This document shows, one piece after another, positions 17,488 to 27,600 of a DNA stretch of 64,000 bases. Source of the DNA: Candidatus Rifleibacteriota bacterium (GTDB lineage: Bacteria > Muiribacteriota > Ozemobacteria > Ozemobacterales > Ozemobacteraceae); NCBI GenBank assembly GCA_012517355.1, contig JAAYVD010000172.1:64081-128080 (forward strand), written 5' to 3'. Both the position numbers and the translations under genes were made by a program. The notes beneath the pieces are model-generated. The model did not search any database, had not been told where the DNA came from, and worked only from the letters and a program-made list of their open reading frames with translations. The stretch's first letter is position 1, and each line of letters opens with the position of its first letter.

Positions 17488-19542
17488 ATGGCCAAGAAGT
17501 CGGTGTCGCCCCTGGGTCGCGTCAAGGAACATCTTCAGAAACTGGCCCGGAAGCCGTTCAAAGGGTTGTACCGGGTTCCTGGCCTGTGGTCCCCGGTCGG
17601 CACCGAAGCCACGGATGGCCAGCCCCCCGCCGAGGTCCATCCGGCCAAATACTACCTGTCGCACCTCGAGGCCATCGACGCAGCGGCCGACCGTTCCGTC
17701 GACCCCCTGAAATCCCTGAACGGGCAGAAAGAGGGCGGGAAGCACGGCTCCTGGATCGCCAACGGCTCGATCTACAACGTGTTCGTCCGCCTGACCACCG
17801 CTTTCGACCACGACGGCGACTCCCGTCTCGGCACCGGCGGCCAGGATCCCACCCTCAACGCCGACGGCATGCGCGAGACCGGCACCTTCCTCAAGACCAT
17901 CGCCCTGCTGGGCCATATCCGGCGCCTCGGCTGCACCACCGTCCATCTCCTGCCGGTGACCGCCATCGGCCACGACGGCAACAAAGGTGTCCTGGGCTCC
18001 CCCTACGCCATCAAGGATCCCTACCGTCTCGAGGCCTCCCAGGCCGACCCGCTGCTCGACATGCCGGTCGACGACCAGTTCCGCGCCCTCGTTGAGGCCT
18101 GTCACCTGCTCGGCATGCGGGTCATCGTCGAGTTCGTCTTCCGCACCGCCAGCAAGGATTCCGACTGGACCATCGAGCATCCCGACTGGTTCTACTGGAT
18201 CGACGAAAAGGTCGCCGACCGCCAGGTGGGCGAGACCGATCTCGAGGTGGCCCGCCGCCACTACGGCAACCCGATCTTCACCCCCGAGGAACTGAAGGTC
18301 ATCAACGACAAGGTGTCGCGCAACGATTTCCACGACCTGCCCGCGCCGCCCGAGACCTTCCGTCGCTTCTTCCAGGCGCCTCCGGCCAAGGGGAAGGTCA
18401 AGGTCGATGCCCATGGCCGGGTGCGGGGCACCTCGGTCGATCCGGCCACCGGAAAGACGCTCAGCGTGCGCATTCCCGGCGCCTTCGCCGACTGGCCGCC
18501 CGACGACAACCAGCCCCCCTGGGGCGACGTGACCTACCTGCGCATGTACCGCGACGAGAACCCCGCTGCGCCGCGCTTCAACTACATCGCCTACAACACC
18601 ATCCGCATGTACGACGCCGCCCTGGCCCGCCCCGAACTGGCCAACCGGCCGCTCTGGGACAAGATCCGCGACCTCGCCCCCTACTACCAGGACCAGTTCG
18701 GCATCGACGGCGTGATGGTCGACATGGGCCATGCCGTCCCGGTCAGCCTGATGCAGGAGATCATCGCCGCCGCCCGCGCCAAGGACCCCGACTTCTGCTT
18801 CCTGTCCGAGAACTTCGCGATCGAGCAGAGCAGCGTCGACGCCGGCTACAACGCGGTCGTCGGCTACGCCTGGTGGGTCGAGTACAAACGGGAAGGCATG
18901 ATGGGCCTGCTCGACCACGTCGGGGTGCGCGGCGTGCCGCTGCCGTTCTTCGGCGCCGTCGAGAACCACAATACCCCGCGGGCCGCCGGCCGGCCGGGCG
19001 GCGAACGCTATGCCACCTACGCCTTCCTGGTCAACACTTTCCTGCCGCGGTCGATTCCCTTCATCCATGCCGGGTTCGAGCTGGGCGAAACGATGCCGGT
19101 CAACACCGGCCTCGATTTCTCCAACGCCGACCTCGAAAAGTTCCGCGGCAAGGCCCTGCCGCTCTTCGACCCCGGCGCCCTGCGCTGGGAAGGCGCCCAC
19201 CCGATGCTGGGCATCACCCGCTGCATCCTCGACCTGCGGGCCCGCTACCGCGACACCGTCGACCGTACCGGCCCCGGCTGCTGCGTCCCGTTATCGACCG
19301 GCAACCCCGATGTGATGGCCTTCCTGCGCACAGGCGGGTCGCACACGTTGATGGTCCTGTTCAATCGCAACCTCGAACTCGAACTGGGTTGCACCATCGA
19401 CCTGAAGGCGCACCTGCCGCCCGGCACCGCCAAACTGGCCAACCTCCTCGACAAAGCCGGGGCGGTGCGTGACCTGCCGGTGCGCGACGGCGTGCTGTCC
19501 TGCGCCGTGCGGCCCGGCGACTCGCTGTTCTTTGCCTGGTGA
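17488..19542 (+). CDS. GH13 alpha-amylase-family enzyme, maltodextrin glycosyltransferase-like
   Basis: ETGTFLK, HLLPVT, GSPYAIKD, FVFRTA, FADWPPDD.QP.W.DVTYL, GIDGVMVDMGHA and ENHNTPR motifs. Confidence 0.85.
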   Translation: MAKKSVSPLGRVKEHLQKLARKPFKGLYRVPGLWSPVGTEATDGQPPAEVHPAKYYLSHLEAIDAAADRSVDPLKSLNGQKEGGKHGSWIANGSIYNVFVRLTTAFDHDGDSRLGTGGQDPTLNADGMRETGTFLKTIALLGHIRRLGCTTVHLLPVTAIGHDGNKGVLGSPYAIKDPYRLEASQADPLLDMPVDDQFRALVEACHLLGMRVIVEFVFRTASKDSDWTIEHPDWFYWIDEKVADRQVGETDLEVARRHYGNPIFTPEELKVINDKVSRNDFHDLPAPPETFRRFFQAPPAKGKVKVDAHGRVRGTSVDPATGKTLSVRIPGAFADWPPDDNQPPWGDVTYLRMYRDENPAAPRFNYIAYNTIRMYDAALARPELANRPLWDKIRDLAPYYQDQFGIDGVMVDMGHAVPVSLMQEIIAAARAKDPDFCFLSENFAIEQSSVDAGYNAVVGYAWWVEYKREGMMGLLDHVGVRGVPLPFFGAVENHNTPRAAGRPGGERYATYAFLVNTFLPRSIPFIHAGFELGETMPVNTGLDFSNADLEKFRGKALPLFDPGALRWEGAHPMLGITRCILDLRARYRDTVDRTGPGCCVPLSTGNPDVMAFLRTGGSHTLMVLFNRNLELELGCTIDLKAHLPPGTAKLANLLDKAGAVRDLPVRDGVLSCAVRPGDSLFFAW

Positions 19543-19567
19543 GCGACAGGGAAGGGACGGCACGGCC

Positions 19568-20923
19568 ATGAGCGGTCCCGTTCCTGATTCCTCCGGCCGG
19601 CCGCCAGGACCCCAGGCGGGCTCCCCGCAGGCACCTGACCAGGCCTCCGGGCTTGCGGCTTCGTCGGAGCTCCCGCCCGCGCCACTGGCGGGTTCCCCGC
19701 CGCCACCCTCCGGCTGGCGGCGGGTGGCCGCTTTCTTCGCCCTCGAGCGCAGCATCGTCGGCGTCCTGGCCATGTGCATCCTGGTCGGGATGGGCGAACG
19801 CATGGCCGAGCGGTTCCTGCCCGTCTACCTCGTGGCCCTCGGCGGCGGCCCGCTGGTGGTCGGGTTCCTCAACGCCCTCGACAACCTGCTCTCCGCGCTC
19901 TACTCGTTCCCCGGCGGCTGGCTGGCCGACCGGATCGGCACCAAGAAATCGCTGCTGGTCTTCAACCTGGTCGCCATGGCCGGCTACCTCATCGTGCTCA
20001 TCCACCGGTCCTGGGAAGCCGTCCTCGTGGGTTCGGTGCTGTTCATCTCCTGGACCGCCTTGTCGCTGCCCGCCACCATGGGCCTCATCGCCGAGGTGTT
20101 GCCCAAGTCGAAGCGCACCATGGGCGTTTCGGTCCATTCGCTGATCCGGCGCATCCCGATGGCCCTCGGCCCGCTGGCCGGCGGCACCCTGGTCACCTGG
20201 TACGGACCGCTCGACGGTGTCTGGTATGCCTTCGTCGGCGCCCTGGTCATGGCGGTCGTGGCGCTCGTCTTCCAGCAGGTGATGATCCGCGAAACCCCAC
20301 GGCCAGCCCCCCCTTCGCCGGCACCTGACGACTCCGGGCCACCCGCCGCCCCCGCCGCCGCTTCCCCCCTGATCGGCCCCTCCCTGCGCCGACTCCTGGT
20401 GGCCGACATCCTGGTGCGCTTCTGCGAGCAGATGCCCTATCCCTACGTCGTGATCTGGTGCATGAATACCCATTCCCTCACGGGGGTCGAGTTCGGTCTG
20501 CTGACCACCATCGAGATGGTGACCGCGATGCTCGTCTATCTTCCCGTCGCCTGGCTCGCCGACCGGTCCACCAAGAAACCGTTCGTCGTCATGACTTTCG
20601 TCTTCTTCACCCTCTTTCCGCTCGTCCTTCTGCACTCCACCACCTTCTGGCCCCTGGCCTTCGCCTTCTTCGTCCGCGGGCTGAAGGAGTTCGGCGAGCC
20701 CACCCGAAAAGCCCTCATCATCGACCTTGCCCCCGCCGGACGCGAGGCTGCCGCCTTCGGCCAATACTACCTCTGGCGGGACTGCATCGTCTCCGTCGGG
20801 GCGTTCGGCGGGGCCTTCCTGTGGCAGGCCGGCCCGGCCGTGAACCTGTGGACCGCTTTCGCTTTCGGCTTGGCGGGAACCCTGTGGTTCGCCCTGCGCG
20901 GAGAGGACCTCCCCCGCGGCTGA
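19568..20923 (+). CDS. MFS transporter
   Basis: Multiple TM helices; motif A-like GWLADRIGTKK and WLADRSTKK in the two halves. Confidence 0.9.
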   Translation: MSGPVPDSSGRPPGPQAGSPQAPDQASGLAASSELPPAPLAGSPPPPSGWRRVAAFFALERSIVGVLAMCILVGMGERMAERFLPVYLVALGGGPLVVGFLNALDNLLSALYSFPGGWLADRIGTKKSLLVFNLVAMAGYLIVLIHRSWEAVLVGSVLFISWTALSLPATMGLIAEVLPKSKRTMGVSVHSLIRRIPMALGPLAGGTLVTWYGPLDGVWYAFVGALVMAVVALVFQQVMIRETPRPAPPSPAPDDSGPPAAPAAASPLIGPSLRRLLVADILVRFCEQMPYPYVVIWCMNTHSLTGVEFGLLTTIEMVTAMLVYLPVAWLADRSTKKPFVVMTFVFFTLFPLVLLHSTTFWPLAFAFFVRGLKEFGEPTRKALIIDLAPAGREAAAFGQYYLWRDCIVSVGAFGGAFLWQAGPAVNLWTAFAFGLAGTLWFALRGEDLPRG

Positions 20924-21184
20924 ACGTGCTTCCCGGGGGCGGTGCCCCGGCGCCGATACGAGGTGTTCGTTGCAGGCTCTGGCCAATCGGGCCCTCAGCC
21001 TCTCTCGACCGACACCTCTCCATCCCCTTTCCCTGCCTTCCCTTCCTTGGGTTTGATTCAACAAGGTTTCGGCCAAAACGCCGAAGTCCATGCAAATAAG
21101 GAAAATTCCCTCGACAAATCAGGGAATTCCTGAAGATCGAGGATTCCATTTTTTCGGTTTTTCGTGCTAACGTCGCGCGTCCGC

Positions 21185-21198
21185 TTGACGATAGTCAA
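21185..21198. promoter_or_regulatory. TTGAC-N4-GTCAA palindrome upstream of glutamine synthetase
   Basis: Perfect inverted repeat 50 nt before the ATG; CRP/FNR-like spacing. Confidence 0.4.
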
Positions 21199-21247
21199 AC
21201 CATGGGTGCCCTCCGCCCAACCTTCGAACCGTTGAAAGGAACCAACC

Positions 21248-23353
21248 ATGTCCAGGGTCACGGAATGTTTCGGGGAACTGACCTTTTCCAAGGCGGTCAT
21301 GCGTGAGAAGCTGAGCCGCGAGGTGTTCGAGAAGCTCTCCGACGCCATCCAGGCCGGCAATGCGCTCGACGAGAACATCGCCGCCGACGTGGCGCACGCC
21401 ATGAAAGAATGGGCCATCAGCCGGGGGGCCACCCATTTCTCCCACTGGTTCCAGCCCCAGCGCGGGGGCACCGCGGAAAAGCACGACGCCTTCCTGTCCT
21501 ATTCCGAACAGGGCGATCTCATCGAACGGTTCTCGGGGAAACAACTGATCCAGTCGGAACCCGACGCCAGCTCCTTTCCCTCGGGCGGCATCCGCTCCAC
21601 CTTCGAAGCCCGTGGCTACACCGCCTGGGATCCCACCTCTCCCGCCTTCCTTCTCGAATCGGGCGAGACCCGCACCCTGGTCATCCCCTCCGTCTTCCTG
21701 AGCTGGACCGGCGACGTCCTCGACCGCAAGACCCCGTTTTTGCGCTCGATGCGCGCCCTCAATGACGCCGTCATCAAGCTCCAGCGCCTGCTCGGCAACC
21801 GCCTCGCCCGCAAGGTCGTCGTCAACGTCGGCCCCGAGCAGGAATACTTCGTCGTCGCCCGCCGCCTGGCCGACACCCGCCCCGACCTGCGCATCTGCGG
21901 CCGCAGCCTGTTCGGCGCCCCTCCCGCCAAGGGCCAGCAGATGGAGGACCACTACTTCGGCGCCATCCACCCGAAAATGATGCGGTTCATGGAGGACCTC
22001 GACCACGAGCTCTACCGCCGGGGCATCCCCGCCAAGACCCGTCACAACGAGGTTTCCCCCAACCAGTTCGAGATCGCCCCCCTCTACGAGGAGGCGAACC
22101 TCGCCATCGACCACAACCTCCAGATGATGGACATCATGAAGAAGGTCGGTGCCCGCCACGACCTCGAGGTGCTCCTGCACGAAAAGCCGTTCGCCGGGGT
22201 CAACGGGTCGGGCAAGCACGTCAACTGGTCGATCGGGGACAACACCGGCGCCAACTACCTCGAGCCCTCCGCCTCGCCGCTGAAGAACATCAACTTCCTG
22301 TTGACCCTCGGCGCCCTGATGCTCGGCGTCGACAAGTTCGGCGGCCTCCTGCGTGCCGGCGTGGCCGATGCCGGTAACGATCACCGCCTGGGGGCCAACG
22401 AAGCGCCACCCGCCATCATGTCGGTCTTCCTGGGCGAGTATCTGAGCACGCTCGTCGACGAAATCGCCGGCATGGGGAAGGTCAACGAGCAGTCGATGAA
22501 CCACATCACCATGGGGGTCCGCAACCTGCCTCGCATCTCCAAGGACACCTCCGACCGCAACCGGACCTCCCCGATCGCCTTCACCGGGAACAAGTTCGAG
22601 TTCCGCGCCGTCGGTTCTTCGCAGAACGTCTCCGAGGCGGTGACCTCCCTCAATCTCCTGCTGGCCTACGGCCTGTTCATCATCGAGGGCCGGATGGCGG
22701 AACGTGGATCCATCGAAGACGTCAAGGAACGCGCCATCACCGTCCTCAAGGACGTGTTCAAGGAGACCCGCCGGGTGCGCTTCGACGGCAACGGGTACAG
22801 CGAGGAATGGCATCGCGAGGCGGAACGGCGCGGCCTGCCCAACGCCCGCAACACCCCCGCCGCGTTGCCCGCCTACCTGGACAAGGAGGTCATCGAGCTG
22901 ATGGAGAAGTCGCGGACCCTCAGCGAGCGCGAACTGCGGGCCAAGGTCGAGATCAAGCTCGAAACGTATCTCAAGACCAAGGAGATCGAGTACAAAACCG
23001 CCCTCGACATGGCCCGCACCCTGTTCCTGCCGGCCCTGACCCGCCAGATCGCCAGCACCGCGGCGGCCGCCGCCGCCATGAAGCAGGCCGGCCTCGAGGG
23101 AACCCTCCTGCGTGATGAGGCCGCGCGCTTCGAAGCCCTGTTCGGCGACATCAAGGCGCGGACCGCCGAGCTCGAACGGGTCCTGAACGACGCCCAGGCC
23201 GAAAAGGATTGCCACCGGCGGGCCCACTTCCTCGCCGACCACGGCGAGACCGCCCTCGGGGCCCTGCGGGCGGTGGTCGACACCGCCGAACGGGACGTGG
23301 CCGCCGAATTCTGGCCCATGGCCAAATACCAGGAACTGTTGACCGTCCTGTAA
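21248..23353 (+). CDS. glnN: Glutamine synthetase type III
   Basis: HFSHWFQP, AEKHD, EPDASSFPSGGIRSTFEARGYTAWD, EQEYF, HNEV.P.QFE, NGSGKH.NW and DRNRTSP.AFTGNKFEFR motifs; 701 aa. Confidence 0.96.
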   Translation: MSRVTECFGELTFSKAVMREKLSREVFEKLSDAIQAGNALDENIAADVAHAMKEWAISRGATHFSHWFQPQRGGTAEKHDAFLSYSEQGDLIERFSGKQLIQSEPDASSFPSGGIRSTFEARGYTAWDPTSPAFLLESGETRTLVIPSVFLSWTGDVLDRKTPFLRSMRALNDAVIKLQRLLGNRLARKVVVNVGPEQEYFVVARRLADTRPDLRICGRSLFGAPPAKGQQMEDHYFGAIHPKMMRFMEDLDHELYRRGIPAKTRHNEVSPNQFEIAPLYEEANLAIDHNLQMMDIMKKVGARHDLEVLLHEKPFAGVNGSGKHVNWSIGDNTGANYLEPSASPLKNINFLLTLGALMLGVDKFGGLLRAGVADAGNDHRLGANEAPPAIMSVFLGEYLSTLVDEIAGMGKVNEQSMNHITMGVRNLPRISKDTSDRNRTSPIAFTGNKFEFRAVGSSQNVSEAVTSLNLLLAYGLFIIEGRMAERGSIEDVKERAITVLKDVFKETRRVRFDGNGYSEEWHREAERRGLPNARNTPAALPAYLDKEVIELMEKSRTLSERELRAKVEIKLETYLKTKEIEYKTALDMARTLFLPALTRQIASTAAAAAAMKQAGLEGTLLRDEAARFEALFGDIKARTAELERVLNDAQAEKDCHRRAHFLADHGETALGALRAVVDTAERDVAAEFWPMAKYQELLTVL

Positions 23354-23484
23354 GCGGCCTCTGGGGGGCGGGTTCCGCCCCATCGGCCCTTTCCTGCCCG
23401 CCCGGTGGCCCTCTCTGCCCCGGGCGGGCTTGGCCTCTTCCCCAGGCGATGGCGCCGGGTATGCTCATCACCAGACCAGGTTCG

Positions 23485-23618
23485 GACCGACACGACATCG
23501 GAGGCTCCCCCTTCCCGCCACGGATGTCGGCGCGAAGCCCCCAATCATAAGCCGCGCAGCGGCCACAGACCCGCTGCCGGCCCGATCGCCAAGCCCACGG
23601 ATGTCGGCACCAAGCCCC
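23485..23618 (+). repeat. Degenerate family-B copies
   Basis: GACCGACACGACATCGGAGGCTCCCCCTTCCCGCCACGGATGTCGGCGCGAA aligns with the 81-bp unit; a second partial CCACGGATGTCGGC at about 23595. Confidence 0.7.
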
Positions 23619-23675
23619 GAATGCGTGCCGCGCCAGCGGGCCACCGGGGTCGATCGACGTGCACCGGTGCCCCGC

Positions 23676-23703
23676 TTGCAAAACGACGCGATTCCGGTAT
23701 ACT
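23676..23703 (+). promoter_or_regulatory. sigma70-type promoter
   Basis: TTGCAA-16nt-TATACT upstream of 23745. Confidence 0.5.
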
Positions 23704-23744
23704 GACCCCACCGGTTCCCCCATTCCTGTGCACCGAGGTCGGCT

Positions 23745-24356
23745 GTGCGTTCGTGGTGGTTCGTGGTCTTCATGCTGGTGGTCGTGTTCGCCACCGTGGC
23801 CTGCGACGAAAGCGGCGAGGTGGTGTATCCCGAGGCCCCGCCCAGTTCGGTCGGGCCCACCCTGGCCAACCTGCTGGCCGGCACCACCACGTTGTCCCGG
23901 ACGAACGGCGGCATTCTCCGGCTGTCCTGCGAATGGGCCAGCCCCCGCGCGGTGACGACCGGAACGGCCTATCTCGCCTTCGTCCGGTCCCTGTCAGACG
24001 TGCTGGCCTCTCCCACCGGGGTCATCGGCTCGGGAACGGCCTCGACCACGGTCACCGCGACCAGCACCACCACGACCACCGCCACCACCACCACCACGGC
24101 CTCGGGCACCAGCACCGCCTCGGGCACCGCCACCGCCTCCGAGACCGCCGCCTTCTACGCCCGCTTCGAAACGCCCATCGCCGTCCCGCTCGGCATCGGC
24201 ACCGATCAGAAGCAGGGCTTCTTCAGCGTCGAGCTCCCGTTCCCCACCGCCGACATCGCCGACGCCCCCCTCGGCCGCCAGCAGATGCTGCTGTGGATGG
24301 TGATCAACGGCGTGAAGACCAACTCTCTCGCCTTCGAGGTCGAGTTCACCCCCTGA
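23745..24356 (+). CDS. Hypothetical lipoprotein with Thr/Ser/Ala-rich internal segment
   Basis: Signal peptide ending in TVA-C; poly-Thr stretch; GAGG RBS before the GTG. Confidence 0.75.
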   Translation: MRSWWFVVFMLVVVFATVACDESGEVVYPEAPPSSVGPTLANLLAGTTTLSRTNGGILRLSCEWASPRAVTTGTAYLAFVRSLSDVLASPTGVIGSGTASTTVTATSTTTTTATTTTTASGTSTASGTATASETAAFYARFETPIAVPLGIGTDQKQGFFSVELPFPTADIADAPLGRQQMLLWMVINGVKTNSLAFEVEFTP

Positions 24357-24644
24357 ATTTCGGGGACACATGACCAAATTCCCCCCAGAAGGTGACGCTC
24401 CAGCCTCTCGACTGGCGCATCCATTCCCCTTTCTTCATCAACCCACCGATTCTGACAATGCCGATCGTGTTGGCGACTCCCTTACGCCACTTCCCCCCCC
24501 GTTCTCCCTTTCCCCTGCCGCCCTCGAGGTTTCTGCCGAAATGCTGAAGTCTCGAGAAGTTTGCGAACCCCTCGCCGAAGGAAGTCGTGTGTCCCCGGAA
24601 TTCCCGAAATTCCCCCAAAATTCCGTAATTCCCCGAAATTCCCA

Positions 24645-27600
24645 CTAGAACTTCTTCATCGAGATCAGCGACTGGTCTTGCAGCACCTCCTCCTTCAGGG
24701 GACAATCGTGAAGGTGGTCGCAGCTCTTGCAGTACTTGTTCTTCCTGGGGGCGAACTCCTTCTCGTTGATCATCGCGTAGGCGGTCTTGTCGACCTGCTC
24801 GACGACCTTGGGCACGTCCTCGCGGGTGCGGGTGGTGGTGATCTTGGCGTCGTGGTCGAGCATGAACAGCGACAGCTTGCTGATCTTCAGGCCGAGCGCG
24901 TCCTCGCAGGCCCAGTAGTAGATGCTCAGCTGCTTGTCGTGGTCGACCTCGTCCTGGGTGCGCATGGTCGGCTCGGTCTTGTAGTCGAGGATCTCGTAGG
25001 TGCCGTCCGGAAGCTTGTCGATGCGGTCGATGAAGCCGGTCATGACGGCATACTTGCCACACGGCAGCTCGAAGTAGTCCTCGATCGAGTGGGCCGGGGC
25101 GAACGGCTGGTCCTTGATGAACCGGTTGTAGTAGAGGGTGATCTGCCGGATGCCGTCCTGCCGGTAGCGCTCCTCGATCTCTTCCGAGGCCATGCCTTCG
25201 CGGTGGGTGAGCCGGACCTCGTCGTAGATCTTCAACACCTCCTCGAGGGAAGGCTTGGGGCGCGGGTTGCCGGGGTCGTAGATATGCTCGAAGGTCTCGT
25301 GGATGGTGGTGCCGAAGCTGAAGAACGGCTGCGGCTTGGGCGGCACGCGGTCGAGGTAGAGCCGCTTGTAGGCGCGCGGGCAGTTCAGATACAGGCTCAT
25401 CTTCGAGTAGCTGAGCCGGATGCGCTTGCGGAACACCTCGGGGGTCTCGCCGGCCATCTGGAACGGCTTGACCTTCCACTCCGGGCAGGGGTTGTAGAAC
25501 TCGCACCAGGCGCACAGGGCGCCCTTGTTGGGTTCCCATTTCGCCTCGGTGATGCCGGCGACGATCTTGCGGAGCCGCTTCTTGTGGGCCTCGATATGCT
25601 CGGACTCCGGGGTGAGGCTCATCTTTTTGTTGGCGGCCAGGAAGATGTACGACACCTTGGCCACCTGGCCCGGCCAGCGCTGGCTGGCCGCCAGGTACAT
25701 GTTCAGCAGACCCATGTCCTCGTGGATGATCCGCTCGTCGGGGATCTTCTTGCCCGACTTGTAGTCGATGATCTCGTATTTGCCGTCCGGGAGCTGGTCG
25801 ACCCGGTCGATCTGCACCGCCAGATCGAGGTCGTCGAACGTCCAGCGGGCCGAGGTCTCGAACATGACCGGGTTCTCCTCCCCGGTCAGGCCGTTGAAAT
25901 ACTCCTCGAGCATCTGCATGCCGCGGCTCTTGAAACGCTGTTCCTCTTCCCAATCGGTGTAGCCGCCGTCGATCCAGTGCTTGGCCAGCAGCTCCCGGAA
26001 CGGGTTGACCTTCTGCATCTTCCGCTCGAAATGCTCGTGGTACTCGCGCAGGGCGTAGTGCAGTGACCGGTCGAAGTTCAGGTGCGGGGTGGGGCGGGGC
26101 TCCTTGGGCACCCGGTCGATGTAGTTCATCTTGTATTTGAGCGGGCAGGACAGGAAGGAATTGATCTTGCTGGGAGACAGCAGCATCCGCTTCGCGTCCT
26201 CGCAACGGTCGAGGTAATCGCAGTAGGGGCAGAGGGGATTGCGGTTCCCCTCGAACTCCCCGCGGGCGTTCTCGTCCTGGAACTCGCTGACCGCCAGCTT
26301 CAGCCGCTCGAGATCGCGCGGCGACGGGGTGAACACCACCCGCTCGCCCGGCAGCAGGTACAGGAAGGTGGTGCGCTCGACCTTGCCGGGCCAGGTCAGG
26401 CTGGCCACGGTGTGGGTGAGCACCCCCGACAGGTCGATCTCGGCCTCGTGCACGGTCATCGGCCGCTTGGTGGTCTTGTAGACGAACACCTCGTAATTGC
26501 CGTTGGGCAGGATGTCGACCCGGTCGAACCCGGCGCTCAGCACGACCCCCTCGAAGGGCGCGCGGGCCTGGTCGGCCAGGGTGCGCACGCGCGGCCGCTT
26601 CCCCTCGAGCGACTCGAGGAAGTTCTTCAGCGCCTTCTTGCCCGTCTCCTCGAGGAACTGCCGGGCCTGCAGGCTGAGCGAGACGTCGGTCGGGATGCGG
26701 GTCAGGTAGTACTTGTACAATTTCTCGAGATCCGCCGACTGGTTGAGGGCGAAGAAGTCGCGCAGGACGTCGCGCACCACCTGGTTGAGCAGCAGGGCCG
26801 GCCGTTCTTTGTCGGGAACCGGGGCCCGCTCGAGGTAGCGGAACTTGTACTTGCGCGGGCATTCCCGCAGGGTCTGGATCTTGGCCGTGGTCGCGGTCAG
26901 CGCCTGGAACTGGCACTGGGTCGCGGCGCGGCAGGTGGAACAGCCCGGCCCGCCAAGCGTCTCGAACTCCTTGCGCCGCATCCGTTCGCTGATGTCCTCG
27001 AGCAGGTCGATCCCGTGCTTGGTCATGAACTCGTCGACCTCGACGGTGACCGCCCGGGCGGCGCGCAGGTAGAGGTGGGTGAACCGCTTCACCCGCCCCG
27101 GCCATTTCGCCGCGGCGACGGCGCAGGTGATGGCCGACACCGGGTCGATCTTCAGCTCGCCCTCGTCCTTCACGCTCTTGCCGGTCTTGTAGTCGATCAG
27201 CTCGAGCGAGCCGTCCGGGTGCTCGTCGATGCGGTCGATGGTGATCTGGAAATCGTAGCGCTCGGTCGACAGGGAGAGGAACTCGTTGATGAAGCGGGTG
27301 TGCGATTTCGGGTAGAGCAGCTTGAAATAGAGCTGCAACAGCTCGCGCCCGGTCTCCTTCATCAGCACGACCGTCTCTTCGGGGAAGGTCTTGGGCACGG
27401 CCTCGTAGAAGCGGGCGAACAGGTATCCCTGCGGGTCGCCGTGGGCGGCCGGCTTGAAATCGCGGTGCAGGGCGGTCAGGGCGTCGTGCAGCGCGCGGTC
27501 GAGGGCCAGGTCGGTGGAGGGCTCGGCCGGTTCGGCGCGCCCCGCCGTCCGGTGCAGGTAGTAGTGGGCGAACTTCTGGGGGCACTCGAGGAAGGTGCGC

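Noticed and set aside
21150..21170. sigma54 promoter for glutamine synthetase
   Set aside because: GG and GC are spaced by 8 nt rather than 10, and there is no TGGCAC.
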